A stretch of DNA of 64,000 nt, from the NCBI GenBank assembly GCA_938084645.1, contig CALKEP010000004.1, positions 48,457 through 112,456 on the forward strand, read 5' to 3'. Origin of the DNA: an uncultured Phycisphaerales bacterium (GTDB taxonomy: Bacteria; Planctomycetota; Phycisphaerae; Phycisphaerales; SM1A02). Positions within the stretch are counted from its first letter, which is position 1; each line of letters starts with the position of its first letter. Under the pieces are notes generated by a model that was given only the letters and a program-made list of their open reading frames with translations, was not told where the DNA came from and searched no databases. Both the position numbers and the translations under genes were made by a program. Positions 17,823-28,410 of the stretch are shown one piece after another.

Positions 17823-18722
17823 ATGGAACTCCTCGTCCTCTTCGGCGTCGCCGCCCTCGTCACGATCACCCTCATGGTCGCGGCGACCATGCGCGAGGCC
17901 CTTCGTCCCCGTCGACGAACCGCGGGTTGGGCGCTCGCCCGCAGCCTGCCCTCCGATCCGGGCGAGGTCGACGTTCCGTTCTCCGAATGGACCCTCGACC
18001 TTCCCGGTGGCATCCGCCTTCCGGTGTGGGACGTTCCCGGCCTCCGAGCCGACGGGCCGGTGCTGGTGCTGGTCCACGGGTGGGGACGCTCCCGTCTGAC
18101 CTGGCTCCCACACCTCGGCGACTGGCGGAGACGTGGATCGCGGGTGGTGATGCTCGACCTTCGTGGTCACGGGGACGCCGAACCGGACGGCGCTGGCCTC
18201 GGCGACACCGATGTCGACGATCTGATCGCGCTCCTGTCCCGTCTCGACGCCCCGGCCGGGACCCCGGTGGTGGTGGTCGGCCGGAGCCTCGGCGCCACCG
18301 TCTCGATCCTCGCCGCCGCCGAGTCGGATCGCATCGACGGGGTCGTCGCGGTCGCCCCCTACGAGACGCTTCAGGTTCCGCTCCGACAGCGATTGTGGTT
18401 GCGCGGGCTCCCGGCCGCTCCCATCGCCTGGCTCGCGGTGCAGGGCCTTCGGCTGATCGGGAGACGCCCCCGCTCGACCCGCGCCGCGGCGTCGCGGACC
18501 ACGGTTCCGACGTTGGTGGTCCTCGGCGACCACGACCCGATCAGCCCCGTCGCCGACGGGGTCGCGATCGGGGACGCCGCCCCCGGCGGCCGAGTCGAGG
18601 TCGTCCGTGGCGCCGGCCATGGAAACCACTGGACCCTCGAGCCCGCCCGACTCGACGACGCGGTCGATGCGTTGATCGCGTCATGCGGACGCGTTCCCGC
18701 CACCGCCGCCTCGCGATCATGA
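17823..18722 (+). CDS. Membrane-anchored alpha/beta hydrolase
   Basis: N-terminal TM, HGWG, DLRGHG, GRSLG nucleophile elbow, GDHD, GAGH. Confidence 0.88.
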   Translation: MELLVLFGVAALVTITLMVAATMREALRPRRRTAGWALARSLPSDPGEVDVPFSEWTLDLPGGIRLPVWDVPGLRADGPVLVLVHGWGRSRLTWLPHLGDWRRRGSRVVMLDLRGHGDAEPDGAGLGDTDVDDLIALLSRLDAPAGTPVVVVGRSLGATVSILAAAESDRIDGVVAVAPYETLQVPLRQRLWLRGLPAAPIAWLAVQGLRLIGRRPRSTRAAASRTTVPTLVVLGDHDPISPVADGVAIGDAAPGGRVEVVRGAGHGNHWTLEPARLDDAVDALIASCGRVPATAASRS

Positions 18723-18753
18723 AAACGACGCCCCGCCTTGCGGCGGAGCGTCG
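18722..18753 (-). terminator. Rho-independent terminator
   Basis: Minus strand CGACGCTCCGCC-GCAA-GGCGGGGCGTCG-TTTT downstream of 18788..20566. Confidence 0.7.
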
Positions 18754-18787
18754 ATGCTCGTTCGAATCCTGGAGACGTCGGGCGGAT

Positions 18788-20566
18788 TCAGCCGCCGACG
18801 TTCACGGGCGGGAGGAACCACTGTCGGTAGACCCAGCCGGCATCGTCCGTGGAGAAGCTCCACACCGAGGGGCCGACGTAGCGGGAGAGCTCGAGCGGCG
18901 TCATCGTTTCCATGAGGTCGGCCAAGCCGTCCATCAGCTCGCCCCCGTCGATGGGCATCTCCTGGGCGAACTCGTCCTGCTCGCCGAGCATCGCCATCAT
19001 CTCGTCCAGGTTTTCACGGCTCGCGGCGTACTGCTCGACGGTGTCGACGTAGCCCCAACCGACCACGTCACCTCTCGGCATGCGGGCGATCGCGTCGTTG
19101 AATCGCCCGAACTCCGCGATCGGATGGTCGGCGGCATCGGCATTCAGCCCTCGAACGACCTGCTTCACGCCTTCGGCTTCGCCGAGCAGGAGCCAGTTGC
19201 CCGCGACGCAGACGCTGGCCGAATCCTCCGGCCCGGTCCAGAGCGTCTCGCCGAGGAAGTCCCTCGGCTCCATCTCCATGCCGGGCCCGAACATCGCGAG
19301 CATGTTCTGGACCTTGTCGGGCGCCGAGGTCGGGATGAGCACCGTGGTCCCGGTCTTCGAGGCCATGACGTGCATCGCCGGTCCCAGCGACTCGAAGGCC
19401 GGCGACAACATGGGGCCGAACTGCTCGAGCATCATGTCCGCTTCCTCCCCACCCATCGGAATGGCCGCGGAGACCTGGTTCGCGAGCGGCATGAGGCCGG
19501 CGAAGTCGAGGTTCATCCGGCCGTAGCCGATCGCTTCCTCGCCGATGACCTTCGGCGGCCGGGCGCCGAGACCATCCTGATTTCGAAGCAGTCCGAGCAG
19601 GCCGGACTTGTCGCCGGGCATGAGGATGGAGGCGGTCAGCACCATCGACGCGGCGGTGGGATCCTCGGGGATCTCGAGCCCGAAGCCGTAGCCGCGGATG
19701 TCCCCGAACATCTCGCCGATCATGGGCTGGACCATGCCGAGCGGCCCCATGAACATCGGGGCCAGAAGATCCTGGAGCGGTCCGGTTCGAAGCAGCACGT
19801 AGGCCTCGGGATCCCCGAGCTGACGCATCGAGTTGCGCCAGTCTTCGGTCCCTGCGAGGACCTTCGCGTCGTCGCCGTCGAAGATCGCGAGGGCGTCGTC
19901 GATCGCGAGGAGATCGTTCGCGAACAGCATCCGAGCCCCGTCCTTCACGACGTACATCGTGTCGAGGTCCGGCGCCATCTCCGAGGGATCCCCGAACATC
20001 ATCATCATGTCGTCCATCTCGCCGAAGTCGTCGGCCGGGTCATCTTCCTCCGAGATCTGCTCGAGGATCATGACCTCGCGGCCACGGATCTCCTTGGAGT
20101 CGAGATCGATCGAATCGGACTTCCGCCAGCTCTCCATCAGGGATTCCATCATCCGGCCGTTGGCGGCGGCCTCCTTGCCCCAGTCCCCGTAACCGAGCAC
20201 GAAGGCCCGGGACTGCCCCGTCTCCTCGTCCAGATCGGTGTAGACCGCGAAGCCGAGGTTCTCCGGCCACTTCATCCCTTCGAGATCCATTCCATCGGCC
20301 GCGAGTCCTTCGGAGAGGTCGTCGAGCATCTCACCGAACGAATCCGCGATCGAGCCCTGGACCGCGTCGGTGCGCCAGAGGGCCCCGAGCGGGTTCTTCT
20401 CGAACCGGGCGCACATCTCTCCGCATCCGTCGCCGCCGATGACGAAGATCGTGCCTTCCGGGGCGAGGTCGGCGATCGTGAAGTCCTCCGCGGCGTGCGC
20501 GAGACACGCTCCCGCGGGGATCAAGGTGGCGGCGAAGAACAGGCTGGTTTGACGTCGGCGATTCAT
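18788..20566 (-). CDS. Secreted acidic, Met-rich hypothetical protein (DUF3352-like by appearance)
   Basis: Signal peptide ending AHA-A; strong GC3 codon bias; no catalytic motif recognised. Confidence 0.65.
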   Translation of the reverse strand: MNRRRQTSLFFAATLIPAGACLAHAAEDFTIADLAPEGTIFVIGGDGCGEMCARFEKNPLGALWRTDAVQGSIADSFGEMLDDLSEGLAADGMDLEGMKWPENLGFAVYTDLDEETGQSRAFVLGYGDWGKEAAANGRMMESLMESWRKSDSIDLDSKEIRGREVMILEQISEEDDPADDFGEMDDMMMMFGDPSEMAPDLDTMYVVKDGARMLFANDLLAIDDALAIFDGDDAKVLAGTEDWRNSMRQLGDPEAYVLLRTGPLQDLLAPMFMGPLGMVQPMIGEMFGDIRGYGFGLEIPEDPTAASMVLTASILMPGDKSGLLGLLRNQDGLGARPPKVIGEEAIGYGRMNLDFAGLMPLANQVSAAIPMGGEEADMMLEQFGPMLSPAFESLGPAMHVMASKTGTTVLIPTSAPDKVQNMLAMFGPGMEMEPRDFLGETLWTGPEDSASVCVAGNWLLLGEAEGVKQVVRGLNADAADHPIAEFGRFNDAIARMPRGDVVGWGYVDTVEQYAASRENLDEMMAMLGEQDEFAQEMPIDGGELMDGLADLMETMTPLELSRYVGPSVWSFSTDDAGWVYRQWFLPPVNVGG

Positions 20567-20657
20567 GGCTTGCTTCCGGTGTGGATGGCGAGGGGGTCGA
20601 TGATGGTGATTCGCCCGGAACCTCTTTGGGTGGGCGAGGCTGGGGATTTCGAGCGGT

Positions 20658-21653
20658 TCAGGATCCGGCGGTCGCGTCGTCGAGGATCGCGGGTCCGCCG
20701 GGGAGACGCCGCGAGGGCGGCTCGTGGTAGATGTGCCCGCTGTTCGGATTGGAGCGGTCGTAGGTGAAGGCCTCGCGGTTCCGGACGAAGTCCTTCACGT
20801 ACCGCGCCGGGATCGCGAATCCGAGCGCCTCGCCACCGACGATCCCCATGTTGGTGATGCCGATGACCTCGCCGCGGGTGTTGAAGAGCGGTCCACCGCT
20901 GTTTCCGGGATTGATCGGAGTGTCGGTCTGCACGTAGGTGAGACCGCTGAAGTTCCGCTGGGTCGTGGAGATGACGCCCTGGGTCAGGGTCCGCTCGAGA
21001 CCGAGCGGGTTGCCGATGGCGAAGACCGGCTGGCCGATGTCGAGTTTCTCCGCCCCCTGGACCGGCGCGAAGAGGAACGGCTCGTCCTTGGGATTCGTGA
21101 TGCGGATGAGCGCGAGATCGAGATGGTTGTTGACCGCGACGAGTTCGACGTCGTCGATGTCGGTGCGCTTCAGCATTCCATCCGGCTGGAGGAACCAGAC
21201 CGTCGCTCGCAGCGCGGTCTCCCGCTGGACGACATGGGCGTTGGTGATCGCGTAACCGTCGGGGGAGATGATCACGCCGGATCCCAGACCGCTCGGCGTC
21301 GACACCTTGATCACCGCGGGCCCGAGAATCTTCGCGTGCTCCTTGGGGCTCAACTCGATCGGGTCCACCGCGACGGAGAAGAGCGTGCCGGAGTCGACCG
21401 AACGGATCTCCTTGCCGCCCCCCGAGACGATCTCCTCGACCTGGTCGAGGTCGAAGCTGACCACGGTCGGGCCGACGTCGATCCACACCGACCGATCGTC
21501 ACGCTTGACGATCGAGCCACGGACCTCCCCGCCGTCCTTGAGACGGACGACGTCGGCGCGATCGGCGCCCGGGATCACCGCGTCGGCCCGGGCGGGCGCG
21601 AGAAACGCGAGGGTGAGGATCACGAACATGGACGAAACGAGCTTGCTGGGCAT
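20658..21653 (-). CDS. Secreted trypsin-like (S1C/HtrA-type) serine protease without PDZ domain
   Basis: Signal peptide, GSG, TNAHVV, DLAL, QTDTPINPGNSGGP; AAGGAG RBS. Confidence 0.9.
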   Translation of the reverse strand: MPSKLVSSMFVILTLAFLAPARADAVIPGADRADVVRLKDGGEVRGSIVKRDDRSVWIDVGPTVVSFDLDQVEEIVSGGGKEIRSVDSGTLFSVAVDPIELSPKEHAKILGPAVIKVSTPSGLGSGVIISPDGYAITNAHVVQRETALRATVWFLQPDGMLKRTDIDDVELVAVNNHLDLALIRITNPKDEPFLFAPVQGAEKLDIGQPVFAIGNPLGLERTLTQGVISTTQRNFSGLTYVQTDTPINPGNSGGPLFNTRGEVIGITNMGIVGGEALGFAIPARYVKDFVRNREAFTYDRSNPNSGHIYHEPPSRRLPGGPAILDDATAGS

Positions 21654-21780
21654 CCGAGGACTCCTTGGTCGGGATGGGTACTATAAACCGCTCGGGGGCG
21701 TGCATCCGGATTTCCGGCGTCCCGGCATCGCCCCGAGTCTCCCCTTCAGAGCCCCGCCACCCACCCAAGGCCCTCGATCC

Positions 21781-24126
21781 ATGACGCGCACGATCCGCAT
21801 GAACCACATGAACCCGCTGATTCGCCCCGTCTCGTCGACTCCCTCGCCCCTTCCGGCCGGGATCGCCGCCCTCGCGTTCCTCGCGGCGACGACGGTTTCC
21901 ATCACCGCGATGGCACAGGATGCCGACACCGCCGCCCACTTCGGCTTCGACGCCCTCGAAGTGGTCCCGGTCGGTCCGAACGCCGGCCCGCTCCTGTCGA
22001 CCGACCTCGACGCCGACGGTCTCCAGGATCTCCTCGTCGTCAACAACCACAAGAGCCGGATCGAGTTCCTCCGCCAGCGGGCGGACGCGGTTCCCGGTGA
22101 GGCCAAACCGCCGCGACGGGCGAACGAGCTTCCCGAGCACTGGCGGTTCGAGCGGATCGAGATTCCCGTGAACTTCGAAGTCGGGGCGATCCAGGCCGTC
22201 GACGTCGACGGCGACGGCATGCTCGACATCGTCGCGGGCGGTCGCCCGAATTCGATCCACGTCTACCGACAGTCCGCACCGGGCGAGTTCGAACTGCTTC
22301 GTCGGAACCGGGTCCGCGGGCTCGGCGTCTCGCGGGACGGCATGCTGGTGGAGGACCTCGTCGGAACCGACGGACCACTCGAAGTCGTCGGACTCGTGGG
22401 CGGACGGATCAAGATCTGGCCGCTCGAGCGAAACGGCCGGCTCGCACCGCCCAAGGATCTCAACGCCGGCGACGACCGGATCATCGCGGTCTTCGCCGAG
22501 GACTTCGACGGCAACGGCCTGCTCGATCTCGCCGGCATCGCCGCCGACGACGAAGCCCCGGTCCGGATCTGGCTCGCTTCCCGCGTCGACGCGGAAAAGG
22601 ACTTCGGCCCCCAGCTTCGATTCGAGATGCCCCCGATCGCGGAGGCTGACGGGGTGATCCTGCCCGGGCGGGACACCGCCCAGCTCGCGGTGATCGAACG
22701 ACCGACCAAGCGACTCGTGGTGCACGAATTCCGCGTGGACGACGAGGAGGGTGGGGAGCCGTCCTTCGAGGTCCACGGATTCACCGATCCGGGTGAACGC
22801 AAGCGGGACGTGGTCGTCGCCGATCTCGACGGCGACGATCTGCTCGACGTCCTCGCCACCGATCGGGCGGAGAACGCGATCGCGACCTGGATGCAGATCC
22901 CGGGGCGGGGCCTCGGCGGCAGCCGGACCTCCCCCAGCTTCGCCGCCCCGGATGCGGTCGAGGCCGGCGACATCGACGGTGACGGCATCGCGGAGGTCTT
23001 CGTGCTGAGCGAGGAGGAGGGCGTGGTCGGTCGGGCATCCGTCGGCCCCGACGGCATCGGCTTCCCGGAAGCCCTTCGTCTTCCCGCGGGCGACGTCCCC
23101 GTGGCGATGAAGCTGGTCGACCTCGAGGATGGTCCCGCCCTCGCGGTGATCGCCTCCAAGGACAAGCGGTTCTCCCTGGACCTCCTCGCCCTCGACGGCG
23201 GGGAGACCGAGGTCATCGAGCTCGGTCGCGCCACCCGTGGGCCCGACACCGTCCTCGACGTCGACGCCGACCAGGACGGGCGCATCGACCTGCTGGTGTT
23301 CACCGCCGACAAGCCGATGATGATGCTTCGAGCGGGCGACGACGGATTCACGCTGGTCGAGAAGGACGACATGCCGCAGTTCGGACTGGTCAGCGCCGCC
23401 GGCGCGGGGAACACCGGTCGCTTCGACATCGACGGCGACGGCACCGAGGAACTCCTCGTCGCCGACCGCAACTTCATCCGCGGTCTTCGCTACGACGACG
23501 AGAAGGGCTGGACGGTGGTCTCGCAGCTCAACGCCGATCGGGACGCCAAGCTGGTGTCGGTGGCCATCCTCGGCGATCGAATCGTCGCGGCCGATCGAGA
23601 GGGTCGACGGTTGCTCGTCTTCGAGCGGGCGGGCAGCGGCTGGGCGGTGACCGACGAGATCGCGATCCGCGGCATCGATCCGGTCCGGATCGAACGCGGC
23701 GGCTTCGGTGGTTCGAGCGAAGAGGACGATCTGCTGCTCGTCGGAAACGACGCCTTCGCGGTGGTTCGACTCGACGGCGATCGACCTCGACTGGTGGAGA
23801 CCGGTTCGTGGCGTCCGGACGACAATCGAAAGGTCCCGCACGAAGTCGGGATCGGCGATCTCAACGGCGACGGACGGATCGATCTGGTCGCGCTCGACGC
23901 GGGCACGCAGATGGCGGACATCCTGAGCTTCAGCGATCGGGGCCGACTCCACCCGATGACCGGGTTCACGATCTTCGAGACCAAGATGTTCAGCGGCGGC
24001 GAGCCGCGGGAGTTCGAGCCGCGGCAGGTCCTGGTGGCCGACGTGACCGGCGATGGCGCCGACGACATGGTCCTCGTCGCCCACGACCGGATCCTGGTGT
24101 ATCCGCAGTCGGTCGTGGAACCATGA
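21781..24126 (+). CDS. Secreted FG-GAP/VCBS repeat (beta-propeller) protein
   Basis: About nine DxDGDGxxD-type motifs (DLDADGLQD, DVDGDGMLD, DFDGNGLLD, DLDGDDLLD, DIDGDGIAE, DLNGDGRID and others); signal ending AMA-Q. Start could be 21781, 21799 or 21808. Confidence 0.88.
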   Translation: MTRTIRMNHMNPLIRPVSSTPSPLPAGIAALAFLAATTVSITAMAQDADTAAHFGFDALEVVPVGPNAGPLLSTDLDADGLQDLLVVNNHKSRIEFLRQRADAVPGEAKPPRRANELPEHWRFERIEIPVNFEVGAIQAVDVDGDGMLDIVAGGRPNSIHVYRQSAPGEFELLRRNRVRGLGVSRDGMLVEDLVGTDGPLEVVGLVGGRIKIWPLERNGRLAPPKDLNAGDDRIIAVFAEDFDGNGLLDLAGIAADDEAPVRIWLASRVDAEKDFGPQLRFEMPPIAEADGVILPGRDTAQLAVIERPTKRLVVHEFRVDDEEGGEPSFEVHGFTDPGERKRDVVVADLDGDDLLDVLATDRAENAIATWMQIPGRGLGGSRTSPSFAAPDAVEAGDIDGDGIAEVFVLSEEEGVVGRASVGPDGIGFPEALRLPAGDVPVAMKLVDLEDGPALAVIASKDKRFSLDLLALDGGETEVIELGRATRGPDTVLDVDADQDGRIDLLVFTADKPMMMLRAGDDGFTLVEKDDMPQFGLVSAAGAGNTGRFDIDGDGTEELLVADRNFIRGLRYDDEKGWTVVSQLNADRDAKLVSVAILGDRIVAADREGRRLLVFERAGSGWAVTDEIAIRGIDPVRIERGGFGGSSEEDDLLLVGNDAFAVVRLDGDRPRLVETGSWRPDDNRKVPHEVGIGDLNGDGRIDLVALDAGTQMADILSFSDRGRLHPMTGFTIFETKMFSGGEPREFEPRQVLVADVTGDGADDMVLVAHDRILVYPQSVVEP

Positions 24127-24211
24127 GAATTCGGGGATCCGAGCGCGAATCGCATCGGATCTTCGCGCCGTGCGCCTTGATTCGAGCCCGCCGCGAGGAA
24201 ATGCTTCCCGC

Positions 24212-25612
24212 ATGAACGACGTGGACCGAAGATCCTTCCTGCGCATGGCGGCCGCCACCACCGGCGGCTTCCTCGGACTTCGGGACGCGGTCGCGGCGAA
24301 CCTCCTCGGCTTCGGCGACGCCGCCCGCGGATACGGCGACCTGGTGGAGGACCCCGCCGGGATCCTCGACCTGCCCACCGGGTTCTCGTATCGCATCATC
24401 TCCCGCTGGGGCGAGGAGATGGACGACGGCCTGCTGGTCCCCCACGAACACGACGGCATGGCGGCGTTCGACGGCGGGCCGGGACGGACGATCCTCGTCC
24501 GCAACCACGAGATCGGGGTCGACGCCGATCTCGGGTGGGGCGCGTTCGGTCCGAACCTCGAACGACTGGGGCTCGTCGACCGATCGAAGTTCTTCGACCC
24601 GGGCAGCGGCGATCGACCGGTCCTCGGTGGAACCACCACCATCGTCTACGACCAGCGGTCCGGAACGGTCGAAAAGCACTTCCTGAGCCTGGCCGGGACC
24701 GGACGGAACTGCGCGGGCGGACCGACACCGTGGAACAGCTGGATCACCTGCGAGGAGTGGACGCAGAAGGCGGACGAGGCCTGCGCGAAGGACCATGGCT
24801 GGTGCTTCGAGGTTCCCGCCACGGACCAGATCGGACTCGCCACCCCGAGACCGCTTCGAGGACTGGGGCGATTTCACCACGAGGCGATCGCGGTCGCGCC
24901 CGACGGGCGATGCGTCTACCTCACCGAGGACCGGAACGACGGCCTGCTCTACCGCTTCGTTCCGGATCATCCCGGACGGCTCGCCGAAGGCGGACGACTT
25001 CAGGCCCTCGTGGTGCGAGGCCGCCCCTCGATCGATCTTCGCAACTGGATCGACCCCGCGACCGAGGTCCCGATCGCCGTCGCCGGCCAGGGCCTTCCCG
25101 TCGAGTGGATCGATCTCGATCTTCCCGAAAGTCCCGACGACGACCTCCGGTTCAGGGGCCACGACGCCGGCGCCGCGCGATTCGCCCGGGGCGAAGGCAT
25201 GTGGACCGGACAGGACGAGATCCTCTTCGCCTGCACCACCGGTGGCGTCGCCCGCATCGGTCAGATCTGGAAGTACCGACCCTCGCCCGCCGAAGGCCTC
25301 GAGGGCGAACACGCGGCTCCGGGGACGCTCGAGTTGTCGATCGAGGCGACCGAAGGCGGCGTGATCGAGAACGCGGACAACCTCACCATCGCCCCGTGGG
25401 GCGACGTCTTCGTGTGCGAGGACGGGCCGCCCGGAAACGGACTGGTGCGAGTGACGCCCGAGGGCGAGGTCGACCGCTTCGCCCTGAACCGGCTCAGCGG
25501 AAGCGAGCTGGCCGGCGCCTGTTTCAGCCCCGACGGAAACACGCTCTTCGTCAACATCCAGCACCAGGGCATCACCGTCGCGATCGACGGTCCCTGGCGG
25601 TCCCCGGCCTGA
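24212..25612 (+). CDS. phoX: PhoX-family (DUF839) alkaline phosphatase, Tat-exported
   Basis: Twin-arginine DRRSFL, DGMAAF, LVRNHE, NCAGGPTPWNSWITCEE, HEA, YLTED, DNL, ELAGACFSPDG, LFVNIQ. Confidence 0.9.
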   Translation: MNDVDRRSFLRMAAATTGGFLGLRDAVAANLLGFGDAARGYGDLVEDPAGILDLPTGFSYRIISRWGEEMDDGLLVPHEHDGMAAFDGGPGRTILVRNHEIGVDADLGWGAFGPNLERLGLVDRSKFFDPGSGDRPVLGGTTTIVYDQRSGTVEKHFLSLAGTGRNCAGGPTPWNSWITCEEWTQKADEACAKDHGWCFEVPATDQIGLATPRPLRGLGRFHHEAIAVAPDGRCVYLTEDRNDGLLYRFVPDHPGRLAEGGRLQALVVRGRPSIDLRNWIDPATEVPIAVAGQGLPVEWIDLDLPESPDDDLRFRGHDAGAARFARGEGMWTGQDEILFACTTGGVARIGQIWKYRPSPAEGLEGEHAAPGTLELSIEATEGGVIENADNLTIAPWGDVFVCEDGPPGNGLVRVTPEGEVDRFALNRLSGSELAGACFSPDGNTLFVNIQHQGITVAIDGPWRSPA

Positions 25613-25795
25613 CCACCGGACCGCGATCCTCGTCGGCGTCCGGGCGACTCAGAGGAGCGAGCCCGCATCCAGGATGAAACAGAGGACCACGATCAACGAC
25701 GCGCTCACGAGGCGTCCGACGTCCTTCGTCGGCGTGACCTTCGCGGGTCATGCCTCACCGTCCGATCCGCCACCACCGCGGCGGGTCGGGCGAGA

Positions 25796-26941
25796 TCAGC
25801 GGTCACCGAGCGCGACGTACGGAACCTCGTGCGGCCCCACGTAGGCGGCGCCGGGCCGGATGAGCTTGTTGTCCTTCAGGTACTCGATGCAGTGGCCGGT
25901 CCAGCCGCTCATTCGGCTGAGGGCGAACATCGGCGTGAAGAGATCCAGATCGAGGCCGAGCGACCAGTAGGTCGTCGCGGAGTAGAAGTCGACGTTCGGG
26001 AAGATGCCCTTGTCGGCGACGGCCTCGTGCATGATCTCCTCGATCCGCTTGCTCATCTCGTAGAGCGGGAGGTTGCCGGTGTCCCGGGCGAGTCCCTCGG
26101 CGAAGGTCTTGAGATACGTGGCCCGCGGATCGTACGCCTTGTAGACGCGATGCCCGAAGCCCATGATCTTCTCCTTGCGCTCGAGCTTGCCCTTCATGAA
26201 CTCGTCGACCTTCGACATGTCGCCGATCTCGTTGAGCATCACCATCACGCCTTCGTTCGCACCACCGTGGAGCGGCCCGCGAAGGGCGCCGACGGCCGCG
26301 GAGCACGCGGAGTAGAGATCACTGAGCGTCGAGATCACGACCAGCGAGGTGAAGGTCGAGGCGTTGAAGCCGTGGTCGGCGTGCAGCACGAGGCAGACGT
26401 CGAGGGCGCGGACCATGGTCTCGGTCGGCTCCTCGCCGCGAAGCATCCAGAGGAAGTTGCTCGCGATCGAACGATTCGCATCGGGGGCGACGATGTCCTT
26501 GCCCTTGCGGTGCCGATCGAACGCCGCGATGAGGGTCGGCGTCTTCGCGACGAGCCGGATCGCCTTGCGAATGTTGGCTTCGGGGGAGTCGTCGTCGGCC
26601 TCGGCGTCGAAGAGCGAGAGGCTGGAGACGAGGGTCTGCACGGTGTGCATCGGCGAGGCGTCGGCCGGAACCGCGCGGATCATGTCGAGGACCCCGGCGG
26701 GGAGCTCGTATTCCGCCCGAAGCTGCTGCTCGAAGGCGGCGAGCTCCGCGGCGTTCGGGAGGCGTCCGTTCCAGAGCAGGTAGGTCGACTCCTCGAAGGT
26801 GGAGTTCCGGGCGAGGGAGTCGATGTCGACGCCGACGTACTCGAGGATCCCCTTTTCGCCGTCGATGAAGGACATCTGCGTCTCGGCCGCGATGGTGTTG
26901 ACGAGACCCTGGTCGAACTGCTTCTCGGTGGCGGTGCTCAT
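25796..26941 (-). CDS. gltA: Citrate synthase (short type; 2-methylcitrate synthase not excluded)
   Basis: LHADHGFNAST, GPLHGGAN, GFGHRVYK, FPNVDF. Confidence 0.9.
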   Translation of the reverse strand: MSTATEKQFDQGLVNTIAAETQMSFIDGEKGILEYVGVDIDSLARNSTFEESTYLLWNGRLPNAAELAAFEQQLRAEYELPAGVLDMIRAVPADASPMHTVQTLVSSLSLFDAEADDDSPEANIRKAIRLVAKTPTLIAAFDRHRKGKDIVAPDANRSIASNFLWMLRGEEPTETMVRALDVCLVLHADHGFNASTFTSLVVISTLSDLYSACSAAVGALRGPLHGGANEGVMVMLNEIGDMSKVDEFMKGKLERKEKIMGFGHRVYKAYDPRATYLKTFAEGLARDTGNLPLYEMSKRIEEIMHEAVADKGIFPNVDFYSATTYWSLGLDLDLFTPMFALSRMSGWTGHCIEYLKDNKLIRPGAAYVGPHEVPYVALGDR

Positions 26942-27201
26942 GGCACATGGACTCCGTTGGACGTCTGATCGACGGACTGATTTCGAAAGAACGAACTCGA
27001 AGGAATTCGCCCACCGGCCCGTTCTGGATGCCCCTTCGAGGGGGGATCTCGGACCGCGAGGGGCATCGGATCGGCGACGTGCCGGAACCGGGCCCCGCCC
27101 CAGCCGCGCAGACGCGCCGGGTCGACCAGTGTAGGGCGTCCGGCCGTCTCGCTCAATGCCCGATCCGACGTTCGCTCCGGTCCCGGCCGTAGACTCCCGG
27201 C

Positions 27202-28410
27202 ATGCTCATCCCTCTCGGAACCGACCGCCTGCCGCCTCGACGGGCCATCACGACCAGCATTCTGATCGTCCTCAACCTGCTGGTCTTTCTGGGAATGATC
27301 CTCGCCAATCGGTCCGGGTACGCCTCGCTCGAGGACACCCTGAACGCGGGGGCGGTCGGCCGGAACGGCTTCGAACCCTGGACGCTGCTCACCTATCAGT
27401 TCCTCCATGACCCGAACGGGCTCGGACACCTCGGGTTCAACATGCTGTTCCTCTGGGTCTTCGGCCAGGCCGTCGAGTCGAGACTCGGGCACTGGGGCTT
27501 CGCGGCCTTCTACCTGCTCGGTGGGATCGCCGCGGCCCTCGCGCACATGGTCGCGAGCCCCGCCCCGGCGATCGGCGCCTCGGGATCCGTGGCGGCGGTC
27601 AGCGGCGCATTTCTCGCGCTCTTCCCACGGGCCACGGTGCGGATCCTCCTGTTCTTCTTCCTGATCGGGATCTACCACATCCCCGCCCTCTGGTTCATCG
27701 CCTTCTACATCGTGATCGATCTGTTCAGTCAGTTCGCGGGGATGCTCGGGCGATCGAACGACGTCGCCAACGCGGCACACCTCGGCGGGTACGCCTTCGG
27801 ATTCTCGACGGCACTCCTGCTCCTCGCCGTCGGCATGCTGCCCCGCACGGACCTCGACGCCCTCTACCTCTTCAAGCAGTCGCGCCGTCGCGCTGCGATG
27901 CGGGCGGCGACGCGGGAGTACGGAAGCGGATTCGACACCGCGACGCCGACCACCGCGACGCCCCGCGCGATCACCGCGAAGGATCGGTCCGACGGCGTGC
28001 CGGAACTCGTGCCCGTCGCACCGGACGAGCATGCGGAGGATCGGCGGATCATCACGGAGGCGCTCCGACGTGACGACTCGGCCGCAGCGGTCGAGGCGTA
28101 CCGAGCGGCATCCGGGAAGCTCCGACTGGCCGACGGCGATCAGGCGGAGATCGGCAACCGCGCCATGGCCCTCGGCGACGCGGACACCGCGGTGCGGGCC
28201 TACACGGACCTGCTCGAACGACGTGGTGAACGGACCAACGGATCGGGTGGTTCGAGCGACGACATCCGTCTCCTGCTGTCATCGATGCTGGTCAGACGGC
28301 TCGGTCGCCCCGCCGACGCGAAGCCGCACCTCGACGCGCTCAAGGACCGGTCGCTCACGCCTGACGCCGCGACCCTGCGTGACGCCCTGCTGGCGGAGAT
28401 GGAGAACTGA
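27202..28410 (+). CDS. Rhomboid intramembrane serine protease with a helical (TPR-like) C-terminal domain
   Basis: YQFLH, HLGFNMLFLWVFG, IGASG, AAHLGG. Confidence 0.9.
   Translation: MLIPLGTDRLPPRRAITTSILIVLNLLVFLGMILANRSGYASLEDTLNAGAVGRNGFEPWTLLTYQFLHDPNGLGHLGFNMLFLWVFGQAVESRLGHWGFAAFYLLGGIAAALAHMVASPAPAIGASGSVAAVSGAFLALFPRATVRILLFFFLIGIYHIPALWFIAFYIVIDLFSQFAGMLGRSNDVANAAHLGGYAFGFSTALLLLAVGMLPRTDLDALYLFKQSRRRAAMRAATREYGSGFDTATPTTATPRAITAKDRSDGVPELVPVAPDEHAEDRRIITEALRRDDSAAAVEAYRAASGKLRLADGDQAEIGNRAMALGDADTAVRAYTDLLERRGERTNGSGGSSDDIRLLLSSMLVRRLGRPADAKPHLDALKDRSLTPDAATLRDALLAEMEN

Noticed and set aside
21990..24070. Recurring GAC-x-GAC-GGC-GAC-GGC nucleotide repeats
   Set aside because: They encode the FG-GAP DxDGDG protein motifs; spacing is irregular, so not a CRISPR or DNA repeat array.
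25613..25795. Possible short minus-strand ORF starting at 25751 (MTREGHADEGRR...) after citrate synthase
   Set aside because: Short, no recognisable motif, and runs antisense into the end of phoX; insufficient support.
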